From: the human T2T-CHM13v2.0 reference genome, Homo sapiens
Assembly (NCBI RefSeq): GCF_009914755.1
Contig: NC_060940.1
Length of the DNA: 64,000 nt
Direction: 5' to 3' (one strand)
Shown: positions 24,766 through 39,879 of the stretch, piece by piece
Numbering within the stretch: position 1 is the first letter of the stretch
Layout of the letters: each line of letters begins with the position of its first letter
Notes under the pieces: model-generated
Told to the model about the DNA's origin: nothing
Seen by the model: only the letters and a program-made list of their open reading frames with translations
The model's database searches: none
Made by a program: the position numbers and the translations under genes

Positions 24766-25679
24766 GCTTTCACTAACTTCTTCAGCCCTCCAGCATCTGT
24801 CCGTCAAAGCCAACTGTCCACCAGGCCTGTGCTAGAATCTTCCTTTTCCCTCTCTCCCTTGGAGTATCAATGGGGGAAGGGGGATGGCCTCACCCCTTCT
24901 GCAGACGGGCTTGTCTGGATCCTTGTTTGCTGTGATTTGAGCCAAGGACAGCTGTAGTTTTTTTGTGTTTTTTAGAAATTTCCACTTGTGTGGCTGCCTC
25001 CCTTGGTGTAGCCACAGAGGGGGTGGAGAAGGCGCATCCTCTGGGGGTCGTGGACCTTCCAAAAGCCAATCCTAGCACCCCGTGTTGTCAGTTTAGAGGC
25101 AGTGGCCTGGGAACTGGCAGTAGACTTCCGGGATGGCTGTCGTGGGGCCAGTGCTGTGCGGGGGAAGCACACTGGCGGTGAACCTGGCTTGGCTGCTTCT
25201 CAGTGGACTGCCTTGGGCAAACCACTGCTCCGTTCTGAGCCTCGGTGTATTTTTTTAGTCTATAAAATGTGCTAACAATGGCCTCCTGGCAGGTGGTGGG
25301 ACCGCTAGTTTTGAAGAAGCCGAGGTGGAAACGCCAGGGAGCCCCACCCTACCCCTGTGGGACATTGAGAGTCTCCAGACTGATCCCCTTCTTCCTGGAG
25401 GCCCCAGCAGGTCCCTGGGAGGAGAACCAGGGACGGCCCGAGGAAAGGCTCTCCCTGGCAAAAACGCGGTCCTGTTTGAACTTGGTTCTCTGTTAACATG
25501 TGCTGAAAGGAGACGCCGGTGCTCTGTCTCTAGCGATCCCTGGTTCCAGGTCCCCATTCTGTTCCCAATCCAAGCCTTTGGGTCGTTAGTCCTCCACCAA
25601 GGCCACCAGTGATCAGGACCTCTGTTTCCAGAGCCCTCCTGTGTCCCAGGTGCGTGACTGGGACAAGTCTGAGAAATGA

Positions 25680-25972
25680 TCACAGCCCAGAGGAGCCTGC
25701 GGACACGTGATGATGAAATGGCCCATGGGGTCGTGAAACAGAAAAGGGACATTAGAGAAAAAAACTGAGGAACTCTGAATCAACTGTGGACTTTAGCAAT
25801 AAAATGTTTTAATATTATTTCATTAGTTGTAACAAATTCACCACACTAATGTCAGATGTAAATAGTCGGAAAATGAGGTGTGGGTATGCGTATGGGAACT
25901 CTAGGTACTAACTCAGCAGTTTTTCTGTAAATCTGAAGCTATTCTCAAAAATAAAATCTGTTAAAGAAAAAA
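25680..25972 (+). mobile_element. L1MC/MD-like 3'-end
   Basis: gaaacagaaaagggacattagagaaaaaaactgaggaactctgaat...tatgggaactct...ttttctgtaaatctgaagctattctcaaaaataaaa. Confidence 0.75.
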
Positions 25973-25977
25973 AGACA

Positions 25978-26255
25978 GGCGGGTGCAGTGACTCATGCCT
26001 ACAATCCCAGCATTTGGGAGGCTCAGGTGGGAGGATTGCTTGAGGCCAGGAGTTTGAGACCAGCTTGGGCAACATAGTGAGACCCTGTCTCTAGCAAAAC
26101 TAAAAAATTAGCTAGATGCAGTGGTGTGTGCCTATAGTTCCAGTTACTCAGGAGGCTGAGGTGAGAGATCTTTTGAGCCCAGGAATTTGAGGCTGCAGCG
26201 AGCAGGGATCACGTCACTGCATTCCAGCCTGGATAATAGAGTGAGACCCTATGTC
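25978..26255 (+). mobile_element. Alu (AluJ-like)
   Basis: Forward Alu body (gggaggattgcttgaggccaggagtttgagacc). Confidence 0.9.
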
Positions 26256-26267
26256 ATTTAGGAAAGA

Positions 26268-26423
26268 GCCCAGCGCAGTGGCTCACATCTGTAATCTCAG
26301 CATTTTGGGAGGCCCAGATGGGAGCCCAGGAGTTTGAGACCAGTTTGGGCAACATAGTGAGATCTCATCTCTACCAAAAAAAAAAAAAAAAAAAAAAAAA
26401 TTAAGAAAAGAAAAGAAAAAAAA
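26268..26423 (+). mobile_element. Alu left monomer (FLAM-like) with long A tail
   Basis: gcccagcgcagtggctcacatctgtaatctcagc...gagatctcatctctacc followed by A25. Confidence 0.85.
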
Positions 26424-27834
26424 GGCCTTCCAAAGAGTTGCAGGCTCACAGGGGATCTTGGTACAGACGAGCAAGCGGTCCCTTCCTTGGTGTGTGTAGG
26501 ACATGGCTTAGTGAGCACGTCGTGCACCTTGCGTGTGTCCCATTCAGCACCATGGCTGCTCATACCCTGCCTCGACCGTGCGCGGGAGCCCTGCTTCCCT
26601 GGCTGGAAGCCTCTCCCTTGATGCCCAGGAGAAATAGCCTCTTGCACTAACAAGGGTGGATCTGTGCTTAAATTACCTCTTACCTGGTTCATCCCAACTC
26701 TCTTCCAGCCCTTTCCTCTGCCCCCACCCAGCTGCCCTCAGCCTTCAGCCTCACTGGAGGAAGGGTGTCTCGGAAGAGTTGCATCATGAGACCCTTGGTG
26801 GAGTCGCTCACCAGGACGGCCTTGGCCCCGACCCTGGCACCAGCCCAGGGTGACTTTGATGTCGTGTTCTGGCGCGTCCTTGGGCCCATTTCCCTCCTGT
26901 CTCCCGGGGGCTCTTTTGCATGTTCTTCCCAAGGCTTCAGAGACCTTCAGCTCCGCGTCTGAAGCAGCCATCTCTTTCTTGGATCTCAAGAGTGGTGATT
27001 TCTGGCAACTGCCTCAGACTCCATTTCTCATCTCTGTCTACAAAACTAGCCTGGAGTTGGGCTGTCGGGTTGGCCTGGACATCCTCTGAGCAGCGATTGG
27101 CCCTTGCCCTGTTTCTGTGAATGAACGCGGTCGCTCTTGGAAAGAGCCCCCACCACCTTGCAGATGTGCTGGGGTAGGGTGGGGGCGTGCGAGGTTGGAT
27201 TACATGAGACTTTGGGTTCTTTCCTGCAGTCATTCCTAAGCGGTACTTCTCTGCATCTGGCCTTTAACAGTGAGTGGACGGGGCCAGTGTTCTTGGAGCA
27301 CCTACTGTGTGCTTGCTCTGTTAGTTCTTTGTTTCCTTCCCTGACGGGAGTTAGGCCTTGCCACCCTTATGTTACAGACGGGGAGACTGGGGCTCTGAGA
27401 AGCGACTTCCCCAGGGTGCCCGGCCCGCACATGGTCGAGCGGGGGTCTCAAATCCCGTTGAGTCTTACTTCAAGTCCAGGCTCCTTGATCGCTGGCCCTG
27501 CTTGCCCTGGTGGCCCACAGTCCCAGAGTCAGTGGCGCCAAGGTCCCTCAGGCTGGTTGTGAAATCAGTTTGAGTGCAGAATGACGGCGGTTCACATCGA
27601 GCTTGGTGCCCACCCTGCTAGCCTGCCTGGGACTTCCCCAGCATTAGCACCAGCATCAGTCCTGCCTCCCAGGAACCCCCTCCGTCTCAGACACACCTCC
27701 ATGATTGGTCCCTGCCTCACATCCCAGTTTCTTCAAATATCAGCAAGTTTCAGACTGAGAGAGAAATGTAGATAACCAATAATAAAATGAAATGACCTCT
27801 GGTCCCTATTGTCAGAGCCATAATAGTGACATTA

Positions 27835-28215
<381 letters not shown>

Positions 28216-28484
28216 TTAATAAGGAAAGGTATACCCTGCTATTCCTCATTTAAGGTTTTGGAAAGAAGTGGAGAGGAATTCCACCTTTGGCCTGGGATGC
28301 AGGAGACTGAGGACATCGAAGCTCATATTTGATGGTTAAAAAGTGGGTGTTTGTGTTGTTTTAAAAATAAGTACAATATATCTGTTACTTGTTGAAAATC
28401 GCTTTGTGGGTTCGGGGCCCTAGGGTTGGGGGAGGGGGAGGTCTAGCCAGCAGGACATCACCCATAGCATCAGGGTGTTGCTGA

Positions 28485-28660
28485 GAGAAGGGTTTTTTAA
28501 ACCTCAGTCTCCTCATCTGTAAAATGGGCCTTGTTGTCATTCCTACCTCCCTGGGTGGCAGTGTAATGTGTAACGTGTATTTGTGCCAGTTAAGTGAGTT
28601 AATGTGCTTAACGCATGCGTGGCCCAGAGGCAGTTGTTCAAGAATGTGAGCTGTCAGTGT
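28485..28660 (+). mobile_element. MIR SINE
   Basis: cctcagtctcctcatctgtaaaatggg...attcctacctccctggg. Confidence 0.75.
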
Positions 28661-28794
28661 CCTGACTCCTCTTGAGCAGTGAGTGTGTCTCAGAAATAAG
28701 ACATGCTTCGTTTCACCTACCCTCCATTTTCTGCCAACTTTTGGGGGCGCCATTTAACACCCAAGCCTAGGCTTGACCCCTGGAGCCTTTACCT

Positions 28795-28970
28795 GGACTG
28801 CAATCTAGTATAGTAGTCACTAGCCACGTGTGCCTGTTCTATGCTAAATTAAACTTAAGAATTCAGATCCTTGGTCACACTAGCCACATTGTGAGTGCTC
28901 AGTAGCCACCTGTGGCCAGTGCAGATACAGAACATTTCCGTCATCGTAGTACGTTCTGTTGGGCCGCGCT
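28795..28970 (-). mobile_element. MER3
   Basis: gtagtcactagccacgtgtg...gtcacactagccacattgtgagtgctcagtagccacctgtggc...gatacagaacatttccgtcatcg. Confidence 0.8.
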
Positions 28971-29871
28971 AGTCTGGAGGGATGCCTGGCTGAGGGCCCA
29001 GGGAGCCCACCTGCCCCACTTCCCTCACCTGCAGGCTGTGAATCTGATAACCCCACGGCCCCCTCCTCCAACTGCTTGGCCACCCTGCCACCTCTCAGCC
29101 CTTCTGGGGGCTGCCTGTAGCCTGGCACCAACAACTTCACAGCCCCAGGAGTCCTGCTGGCTGGCAGGAGGACATGGCAGGGGTGCCAGGCTTGGCAAGT
29201 GGCACTGTTTTCTCAGCAGGACCGGGCGAAGCCCGAGTTCTCAGCTGGGTACAGCCGTGCCCCAGGTTCAGGGCATAATCCTTCAGGGAAAGGTGGAGAT
29301 TTGGCAAAAGCTGGAAGGCTGTTGGAGGCTTTACTAATGGACAAATTGGAAAATTCAGTCACTAAAAACAGTGACGGAAAGGTTGTAGGTGATTCTGTAA
29401 GAAAGAGCCTTCGAGTATGGCCTGAAATACAGTTCCTCACCCTTGCTCAGTTTTTTCTTCCACTTCTGAGTAGGTTTGATGTCCCGGATGCTGGGCTGGT
29501 GCTGGGGATACAGTGGTGGCCTCTGTGGACAGGTCACCATCCCTGTTCTCGGGAGGCTCACAGGCCAGTAGGGGAAACAGGCACATGAAGATGCAGCTCA
29601 CACTTCAGCTGACTGTCAGAGCAGACCACACTGCAAGATCACGTGGGCAAGGACAGGATTGTCCCCTGCGTATCCTAAGCCCCTCCACAGTAGCTGCTCA
29701 CGAAATGGTTGCTGGAAGAGCATTTGCATAGGGCATTCTCTTGTTCTGAGCTCTTGCTCATTCCTACCTCATTTCATCCTGTAATGGGGATGGATACTCA
29801 TTGCTCCCATTTAAGGACACAGGTGTGCCCTGCTGCTTCCTGAACCTGCTCAAGGAGAGTTGCCTCGTAAT

Positions 29872-30050
29872 ATAATAACTGAGTAACTGAGCACTTAACT
29901 TCATGCCAGCCATATGCTAAATGCATTACCCAGATTATCTCATTCAACCTTCACAACAAATGTACAAAAGACCTATTATTATCCCCAGTTTATGGAGGAG
30001 GAAACTGAGGCACAGGAGAAGTTAGGCACTTGGGCCTGAGTCATGCAGTG
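29872..30050 (-). mobile_element. MIR SINE
   Basis: attatctcattcaaccttcacaaca...tattattatccccagtttatggaggaggaaactgaggcacag. Confidence 0.8.
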
Positions 30051-30911
30051 TTGGAATGGGGATGCGTCGGGCCTCCTCTGGGCTTTACCAGGCTCAGAAC
30101 ATTCCTAGAAGTGGACGTGGACTGAATTGGCCCCTTCCTCTCTCTCCCCACACCATCAGTGGAGACGACTACAAAGCTGTCACTGGCCCTCCTTTTCTAG
30201 CAGGCTCAGAGCAGGGGTGACACATGGCTACAGGGAGCAGAAAACATTGTCCCGAGTCGAGTCCGTAGATCATCTAGAGCAGTGATCCAGGCCCCAGTAA
30301 GGGAGGTCCCATACAGAGGCTGACTTCATCCATTAGTGCAGAGTAAACACAAGGGCCCTGGAGGCTGGAGCCAACACCCCCAGGACAACTCCCTGCTCCC
30401 TTTTGTATTGTCACCTCCTTGGTTCCTCTGGGGATGCTCCAGTTACTGCCAACGGGACAGCAGTGACATTGTAGCCCAAGACGCCAGCATGTAAACGTTG
30501 CGTGTTTGGGAGGTGTGTGCTGGGCCCTGAAGAGCTCTGAGTTCAGGTCCTGCCTCTGGCCCTTCCTGGCCACGTGAGTCTGATGATGTGTGTGAGTAGG
30601 GGTCAGTGATGGTCTGTAAGGGCAGAGAACTTTTTCTGACACAGGTTCTGGCTCTAAGTGTGGCTATTTTAATTCCTTGACAAACACTTGGATACATTTA
30701 GTAGACTGGCTAAACTGTAAGACTTTTCAAAATAAGAATAGTTCTTATAAATGCTTACTTAGTGCCTGGTTGCGCTAAGCAGGCACTAGGTATTATCTCA
30801 TCTAATTCCTGTAACAACCCTCTAGGGTAGATACTAGCATTTATCACCAGATCTGAGATATCTTGTAAGATACTCCATTTTCTTGCATACCTCTAAGCAA
30901 GAAAAGAATGC

Positions 30912-31267
<356 letters not shown>

Positions 31268-31499
31268 TCAGTTTTAAGGGAGGTTCAGTTGTACGTCTCT
31301 GAATTAATGAAACGCAGTATTATGTCCATTTTACAATGAGGAGATCAAGGCACAGAGAGGTCCAGTAGGTTGCTCAGGGACACGTAGCCAATGAGAGGCA
31401 GAGCCAGGACTTGAATGTCAGCACCCCGTTACTAGAGCGTGGTGTATTACCCACTGCTGTGTACTTGCTGCAGAATGATGTCTCCTAAGCCTAGTGCAG

Positions 31500-31640
31500 A
31501 ACAGTGCTGAAGAACACAGGGTCTAGAGTTAGGCAGATCCAGGTGTGAGTCCCACTCCCATGACTTTCTAGCTGTGTAGCTTTGAGATGTCCCAGTACCT
31601 CTCTAAGCCTTGGTGTTCTCATCTGTAAAATGGAAGTGTC
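31500..31640 (+). mobile_element. MIR SINE
   Basis: tctagagttaggcagatccaggtgtgagtccca...ctagctgtgtagctttg...ttctcatctgtaaaatgga. Confidence 0.75.
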
Positions 31641-31699
31641 AGAGCAGGTATTAAATTTGGTGAAACTTGAGAAGTACTTGGTCGTAGTGGAGGCTGCTC

Positions 31700-33965
31700 T
31701 GATCACATCATCACCACCACCACAATCAACAGCAGCATCACTGTCACTGTCATCATCACCACCACTATTAGCATCACCACCATCATCCCCATTACCACTA
31801 CATTATTATCACTATCACCATCACCATCATCACCATCATAACCATCACCTTCATCACCACCATCATCCCCATTACCACTACATTATTATCACTATCACCA
31901 TCACCACCATCATAACTATCACCTTCATCACCACCATCATCCCCATTACCACTACATTATTATCACTATCACCATCACCATCATCACCATCATAACCATC
32001 ACCTTTATCACCACCATCATCCCCATTACCACTACATTATTATCACTATCACCATCACCACCATCATCACCATCACCTTCATCACCACCATCATCCCCAT
32101 TACCACTACATTATTATCACTATCACCATCACCATCATCACCATCACCACCATCATAACCATCACCTTCATCACCACCATCATCCCCATTACCACTACAT
32201 TATTATCACTATCACCATCACCATCATCACCATCACCTTCATCACCACCATCATCCCCATTACAACTATATTATTATCACTATCACCATCATCACCATCA
32301 CCTTCATCACCACCATCATCCCCATTACCACTACATTATTATCACTATCACCATCACCACCATCATCACCATCACCTTCATCACCACCATCATCCCCATT
32401 ACCACTACATTATTATCACTATCACCATCACCATCATCACCATCACCTTCATCATCACCGTCATCCCCATTACCACTACGCTATTATCACTATCACCATC
32501 ACCATCATCACCATCACCTTCATCATCACCATCATCCCCATTACCACTACGCTATTATCACTGTCACCATCACCATCATCACCATCACCTTCATCATCAC
32601 CATCATCCCCATTACCACTACGCTATTATCACTGTCACCATCACCATCATCACCATCACCTTCATCACCACCATCATCCCCATTACCACTACATTATTAT
32701 CACTATCACCATCACCATCATCACCATCACCTTCATCACCACCATCATCCCCATTACCACTACTTTATTATCACTATCACCATCACCATCATCACCATCA
32801 CCTTCATCACCACCATCATCCCAATTACCACTACATTATTATCACTATCACCATCACCATCATCACCATCATAACCATCACCTTTATCACCACCATCATC
32901 CCCATTACCACTACATTATTATCACTATCACCATCACCACCATCATCACCATCACCTTCATCACCACCATCATCCCCATTACCACTACATTATTATCACT
33001 ATCACCATCACCATCATCACCATCACCACCATCATAACCATCACCTTCATCACCACCATCATCCCCATTACCACTACATTATTATCACTATCACCATCAC
33101 CATCATAACCATCACCTTCATCACCACCATCATCCCCATTACCACTATATTATTATCACTATCACCATCATCACCATCACCTTCATCACCACCATCATCC
33201 CCATTACAACTATATTATTATCACTATCACCATCATCACCATCACCTTCATCACCACCATCATCCCCATTACCACTACATTATTATCACTATCACCATCA
33301 CCACCATCATCACCATCACCTTCATCACCACCATCATCCCCATTACCACTACATTATTATCACTATCACCATCACCATCATCACCATCACCTTCATCATC
33401 ACCGTCATCCCCATTACCACTACGCTATTATCACTATCACCATCACCATCATCACCATCACCTTCATCATCACCGTCATCCCCATTACCACTACGCTATT
33501 ATCACTGTCACCATCACCATCATCACCATCACCTTCATCATCACCATCATCCCCATTACCACTACGCTATTATCACTGTCACCATCACCATCATCACCAT
33601 CACCTTCATCACCACCATCATCCCCATTACCACTACATTATTATCACTATCACCATCACCATCATCACCATCACCTTCATCACCACCATCATCCCCATTA
33701 CCACTACTTTATTATCACTATCACCATCACCATCATCACCATCACCTTCATCACCACCATCATCCCAATTACCACTACATTATTATCACTATCACCATCA
33801 CCATCATCACCATCACCACCATCATAACCATCATCCCCATTACCACTACATTATTATCACTGTCACCATCACCATCATCACCACCATCATAACCATCACC
33901 TTCATCACCACCATCATCTTCGTCACCACTGTTACAGCATCACCACTATCACCATCGTCATCATT
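31700..33965. repeat. Large compound VNTR, ~71-bp unit (65-89 bp) built from CAT/CAC/TAT triplets, ~29 units
   Basis: The anchor catcatccccattaccactacattattatcactatcacc recurs 29 times from ~31781 to ~33870; the + strand is almost devoid of G. Confidence 0.97.
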
Positions 33966-35393
33966 TAACTAAAAGTGAGAGACACTGCATATAAGGTCTC
34001 TTTCCTGCTCTTCCTGGGGTCTTTGTCATAAAGAGTACAGAGTCCCTTAATCTCTCCCTGGTCAATGGCAGTCCCAGCCCTGAGCTATGTGAGTGCTGGG
34101 TCTTGTTACTTTGAATTGTATACCTGAGCAAGGGGAAGAACACAGAGAGAGTTCTCCAGATGTTTTGTGTCTCCCTCTCTCCTTCCTTCTCCAAAAACGA
34201 TCTCATCTCGGAGCTCACATTGGAGAGAGCTGTCCTTGTGAATTTCCCCACCCCTTCCTCTGGTCCCTTCAGTCCATAAAGTATGAAATCTCCATGCCAT
34301 GGGCTGGTGTGTAGGATGTTCTTCCCAGCCAGTTGGATAAAGACATTTTGGTTTTTTGCACGTGGGAGACATCACAAAAGACTGTGCATACATCCTCTGT
34401 GTCCCTCTCTGGGGACCATGGCCTGGAAGCAGCCAACACCTGCTCCCTTCCTGCACTGGCGTCGGAAAAGTTCCATGGCAGATAAGCCCGTGCCATTGCA
34501 GGGAAGCCTTCACTCCAAAGCCACTTGCTGCCCCGGAGACCTGGCCTGCGAGGTCCAAGGTTGTGCCATCTGACCCCAGATGCTTCTTCTCCTTTCTGTG
34601 CTGGTCAGTGGGAGACAGCAGAGGGAACACTGGACTAAGAGTCAGGAGACACAGTTCCAGATCTAGCTCAGCTTCTTCAGCTCCAGAAAGCAATTTGCCT
34701 CTCCTGAGTCTGTTTTTCTTCCATAGAATCTCGGATTCAGATAAGAATTCCAGTTGACCTAGGGCAAGCACCCTCGCCTCTCTGTGCCTCAGTTTCCCCT
34801 GCAGGGACATGGGGATGGCACCCCCCTGCCTCCTAGGGCTATTGCAGGGATGATAAGGGGTTACTTCTTAACAATGAGGAGGAAGATGAAGGTGAAGGGT
34901 GGTGGCGGTCCTTGCAAGACAGAGGCCAGCAGCTGGTCCTCCTGGGGCCTCCATGGGGCAGCTCTCAGGTGTGGAAGGCATTCACCTTTGTCCCTCTGAC
35001 TGGTACTCTTTGGCCCTAGCTCTGCTCTCTTGAGCCACCACAAATCCAGCCCCTTCCTCTGTGCCCCAAAACAGCCCTCCAGACCTCGGAAGCCAGTTTC
35101 TAACTGGACAGCAATCCTGCCCCTTAGTGTCATGTTCACCTTGAGCCTCCTTCTTGAAGGAAACCAGCAGAACCCTGCCAGGCCCGTTCTTGGTTGTCTC
35201 ACTGGGAAGAGGGAAAATGTGGACTTGGAGAGATTGTCCCTGAACCATAGCAGGTGTGGAAGAGGTAGAGGGGGCATGGCCCAGCCCTGCTCCCCGCTGA
35301 AGGCAACACCTCCCGCTGAGTGTCACCTGCCTTCTGTTTTAAGGGACTCTGGGCAAAGATTTCATGTAAAAAAAGAGTTCTGCCACTTAAAAA

Positions 35394-35648
<255 letters not shown>

Positions 35649-36045
35649 GATATGACAGGTTTAAAAAGTTTGAAGCTAGGATAACTGTGGCTCAACTTGT
35701 CTTTCTGAAGAACGGATATTTCCAGTAGAATGGAACCAGTGTCTTGGGGCTCCCAAGAGTTCATTCTCCCCTTAAGATGGAGGCAGGGATTTCCTAACCT
35801 GCTTAGCTGCCTTGACACCCTCCCTCAGCTCCCATTCCTAATCTCCAGCTTTACAGCAGCTGTGATGTAGGGCCTTGAGGGCAGGGCCGTGATCAGACCC
35901 CTTTAGGGGACAGACAAGAATCAGAGAAGCGAGGTGCCCTATGTCTCCCGGCTCTGGAGCCTGTTTGTGACATGGTGAGCTACACGCTGGGCACTAAGCT
36001 AAGGTATTTTTGTCTTTCTAATTGAGATAAATTCACCTCATATGA

Positions 36046-36477
<432 letters not shown>

Positions 36478-36917
36478 GAGCATAGTTCAGCGGCCTTTAG
36501 CAAATTCGCGATGTTGTGTAACTGCCACTTCTATCTAATTCCGAAACCTCTTCTCCACCCCAGCACGAAATCTCGTGCCCATTAGCAGTCATTCCCCATT
36601 CCCCTCTCTTCCAGCCCCCTGACAGCCATCAATTTCTGTCTTTTTGGGCTTTCCTCTTCTGGACTTTTCATAGCAGTACAATCACACAGTACATGGTCTT
36701 TTTCCACTGGCTTCTTTCCCTCAGCGTCATGTTGTCAGGGTTCTTCCGTGTTGCAGCATGTGTCAGCACTGCCTTCCTTTTGATGGCAGAATGATACTCC
36801 ATTGTCTGTATGTATCATTTTTCTTTCTTATCCATTCATCTGTTGATGGACGTTTGTGTTGTTTTCACCTTTTTGGCTGTCGTGAATAAGCGGCCGTGAG
36901 CATTCTTGTACAAGTGT

Positions 36918-37263
36918 AGTCATGCATTGTTTCACGATGGGGATACGTTCCAGGAAGCGCGTAGTTAGGTGATTTAGTCACTGAGCGAACATCCTGGAGT
37001 GTGCTCACAGAAGCCTCGATGGTGTAGCCTGCCTCACACCTGGGCTGTGAGGTGCGGCTTATTGTTCCTAGGCCACAAACCTGTACAACAGGTTACTCTA
37101 CTGAATACTGGTGGCAGTTGTAACATAGTGGTAAGTATTTGTGTGTCTAAGCATATCTAAACATAGAAAAGGCACAGTAAAAATATGGAATCATAATCTT
37201 ATGGAACCGCAGTCATAAATGTGGTCCATCGTGACCAGAACGTTGTTATGCAGTGCTTGGCTG
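36918..37263 (-). mobile_element. Tigger3a (MER7A)
   Basis: TIR-like ends agtcatgcattgtttcacgatggggatacgttc...gttgttatgcagtgcttggctg, with TA flanks. Confidence 0.8.
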
Positions 37264-37528
37264 TATTTGTTTGAGTCCATGTTTTCAGTTCTTTGGGGTA
37301 TTCACCTAGAAGGGGAATAGCCGAGCTTGGCATTTTAGGAATAGTGCTATCCTTATTCCTCACCATAACACCCTGAGGTTGCTACAGAGGGAAAACCGAG
37401 GCACAGGGCAAGGGAACCACTTCCTCACGCAGACAGCTCTGGGGTGGCAGAGCTGGGGTTGGGACCCAGGGAGCCTGATCCCCAGAACCCTTTAGTCCCT
37501 GCTCTTTTCCTTCTCTGCAGAGGGGCCT

Positions 37529-37920
37529 TGTATTAATCAGTTCTTACCTTGCTCTAAAGAAATACCTGAGACTGGGTAATTTTAAGAAAGGAGGTTTAAT
37601 GGGCTCACGGTTCTGCAGGCTGTGCAGAAAGCATGGCAGCATCAGCTTCTGGGGAGGCCTCAGGTGGAAGGCAAAGGAGGAGCCAGCACATCACATGGCT
37701 TGAGCAGGACGAAGAGAGCTGGCGGGGAGAGGTGCCACACACTTTAAACCACCAGATCTCATGAGAACTCACTATCACGCCAACAATACCAAGAGGGATG
37801 GTATTAAATCCTGAGAAACTGCCCCCATGATCCAATCACCTCCCACAGGCCCCTTCTCCAACATTGGGGATTATAATTGAACATGAGTCTGGGGTGGGGA
37901 CACAGACCCAAACCATGTCA
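37529..37920 (-). mobile_element. MST (MSTA/B-like) MaLR solo LTR
   Basis: TG...CA termini (tgtattaatcag...aaccatgtca), 5-bp TSD ggcct/agcct, and aaatacctgagactgggtaattt...ggctcacggttctgcaggctg. Confidence 0.88.
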
Positions 37921-39879
37921 AGCCTCTTCCCCAAATGTTCAGCCCAGTGCCTCCAGGAACCCCTCCTTGGAATATTTTTTTTGCCAACTTGCCAGGGTGT
38001 CCCCAGTCTCCTTGAGCGTGACAGGGCCAAGGCAGTGCTTCTGAAAGCCACTTATCAGACTGAGCTTGAGAAGGGATGTGTGGGGACTGGGAAGGGTCCT
38101 CAAAGGCCTCCCCTAAAGGGTAGCAAGTGGTTTTTCATTGCTCCCTGGAGTCCAGTGGGCTGGGTTTTCAGTTGTAAGGACCTCTGAGCTTTGAGTCATC
38201 TGTGCACCTTGTTGATGGTAAACGGAGGAACACCCTGCTTATTCAGAGACCACTTTCCAGCAAACACTCCGAACCCAGCCCAGAATCCAGGTAGAGAAGT
38301 GTACCAAAGTCACGGTGGCTGCCACACTCTAACTCTTTGGTTGCATTCCCAGCAGGGCCTCGCTCCCATGCAGGGCACAGTCCTGACTAGTGTATTGCTT
38401 GGGTTTCCAAGACCATGAAACTAAAAGCAGCAAATCAGGATGAAGCAAGAGGGAACGCTTTCATGAACGGCGAGCGGAATGCCCAACAGCACAAAGTCGG
38501 CGGGGGTAAAACGAAAATGACAGAAAGAAAATGAAGATAAAGAGTGCACGGCAGTTGGGGGACACCATTCGGGGGCCAGCAGCTCTCCACTGCTTCAGGA
38601 GCTCCTGACGGTGGCAGTGTGGGGTAGCAGATGCTCCAAGGGACAATTGCATCAGCAAGAAAGGGCAAAGGCTACTCCCTGCCATCTGCTTAAAGCGAGG
38701 AAAGAAGGAGTGTTTCTATCTAAAATTGTTTAAATTTCTCTAAAGGGCCTTGGCACTCAGAGGGTAAGCTCTGGCTGGCATTGCCTCTGACCTTGGCCGT
38801 CTGATCAGGCAGTGAAAGAAGGAATTGTTCCTGGGGTTGCAAGGGAGTTGCTGCCAACATCTGGCCTGCCTGGCCCCTTTGTCTCCCTATTGACGGCGAC
38901 AGCATTGGGCAAGTCCTGGGCCTCATGTCTGTGCGAATGTCCCCACCCTGTCACCGGCACTTCCCCCCGGGGTCGGGGCTCCGGGCCTCTCATACAGCTG
39001 TGGGCCTGATGGTAGAAAAGGAGGCTCTGTTCTTTAACCCTGAATGGGATCGGCCACTGATCTATTCTTGTCACTTGTTGAGCAACTGTTCTAGGCTAAA
39101 TCTGAATTCTTTCTCAGTTAGTGCCCGAATTTGCTTTTTAAAAATAAGTCATTGGGAATACTTGACCCTGGGCAGAGAGCGGGACCAGCACTCAATGAAA
39201 CTTGTCAATAGAGTTTCTCACGGCCGGGTCACAGACGTGGAGGGAGTGACTGAGTCCCAAGAGAAGACCCACTGTCTCACTGTGTTTCCTCTCACTGTCA
39301 GCCCCAACCGAGGCTTATTGGGGGTACTTTGTTTCTCCTTTGGACCTAAAGTCCTCTGTCTGTCGTTGCAGAGGCACTTCTAGATACCCCTTTCCCAAGT
39401 GGTTTCTGGGAAAGACGAGAGCATCTGAAAGCCTTATGGAGGCTACTGAATACAAGGCCAAGGGGGCTGGATTTTTCTCTGTAGGCAAATCAGGGATATT
39501 CAAAGTCACTGAGCAGAGGAACAACACATTTGAGTTGTGTTTTGGGAAGAAAACTCTGGCGACAGTGTTTTGGGTAGAGAGGGAATCGTTGGAAGCAGGA
39601 AATAAAGATTGGAAGCCTTTGGAATATTCCAGAAGAAAAATAAGAGGAGGCAGAGGTAGGATAGAGGGCAAGGGAAGGTGTGGAGGAATTGAAGGGCAAG
39701 AAGCAGCTGGCTCTGACCCTGGTGACTCACTAGATTCAAGGGCTGGGAGCGCCGAATCCAAGGGAGAAGTGGAGTTGGAGTGTGGCCGAGCAGTAGGCGT
39801 GGTTGCCACAAGCCAGGCCTGGGAAGACGGCCCCTAGCGCCCACCAGCACCAGGTGGTGGGTTCAGCTTGCATTGCCAT

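Noticed and set aside
31582-31995. Poly-His ORF
   Set aside because: Begins in a MIR and runs into the CAT/CAC VNTR; not a credible gene.
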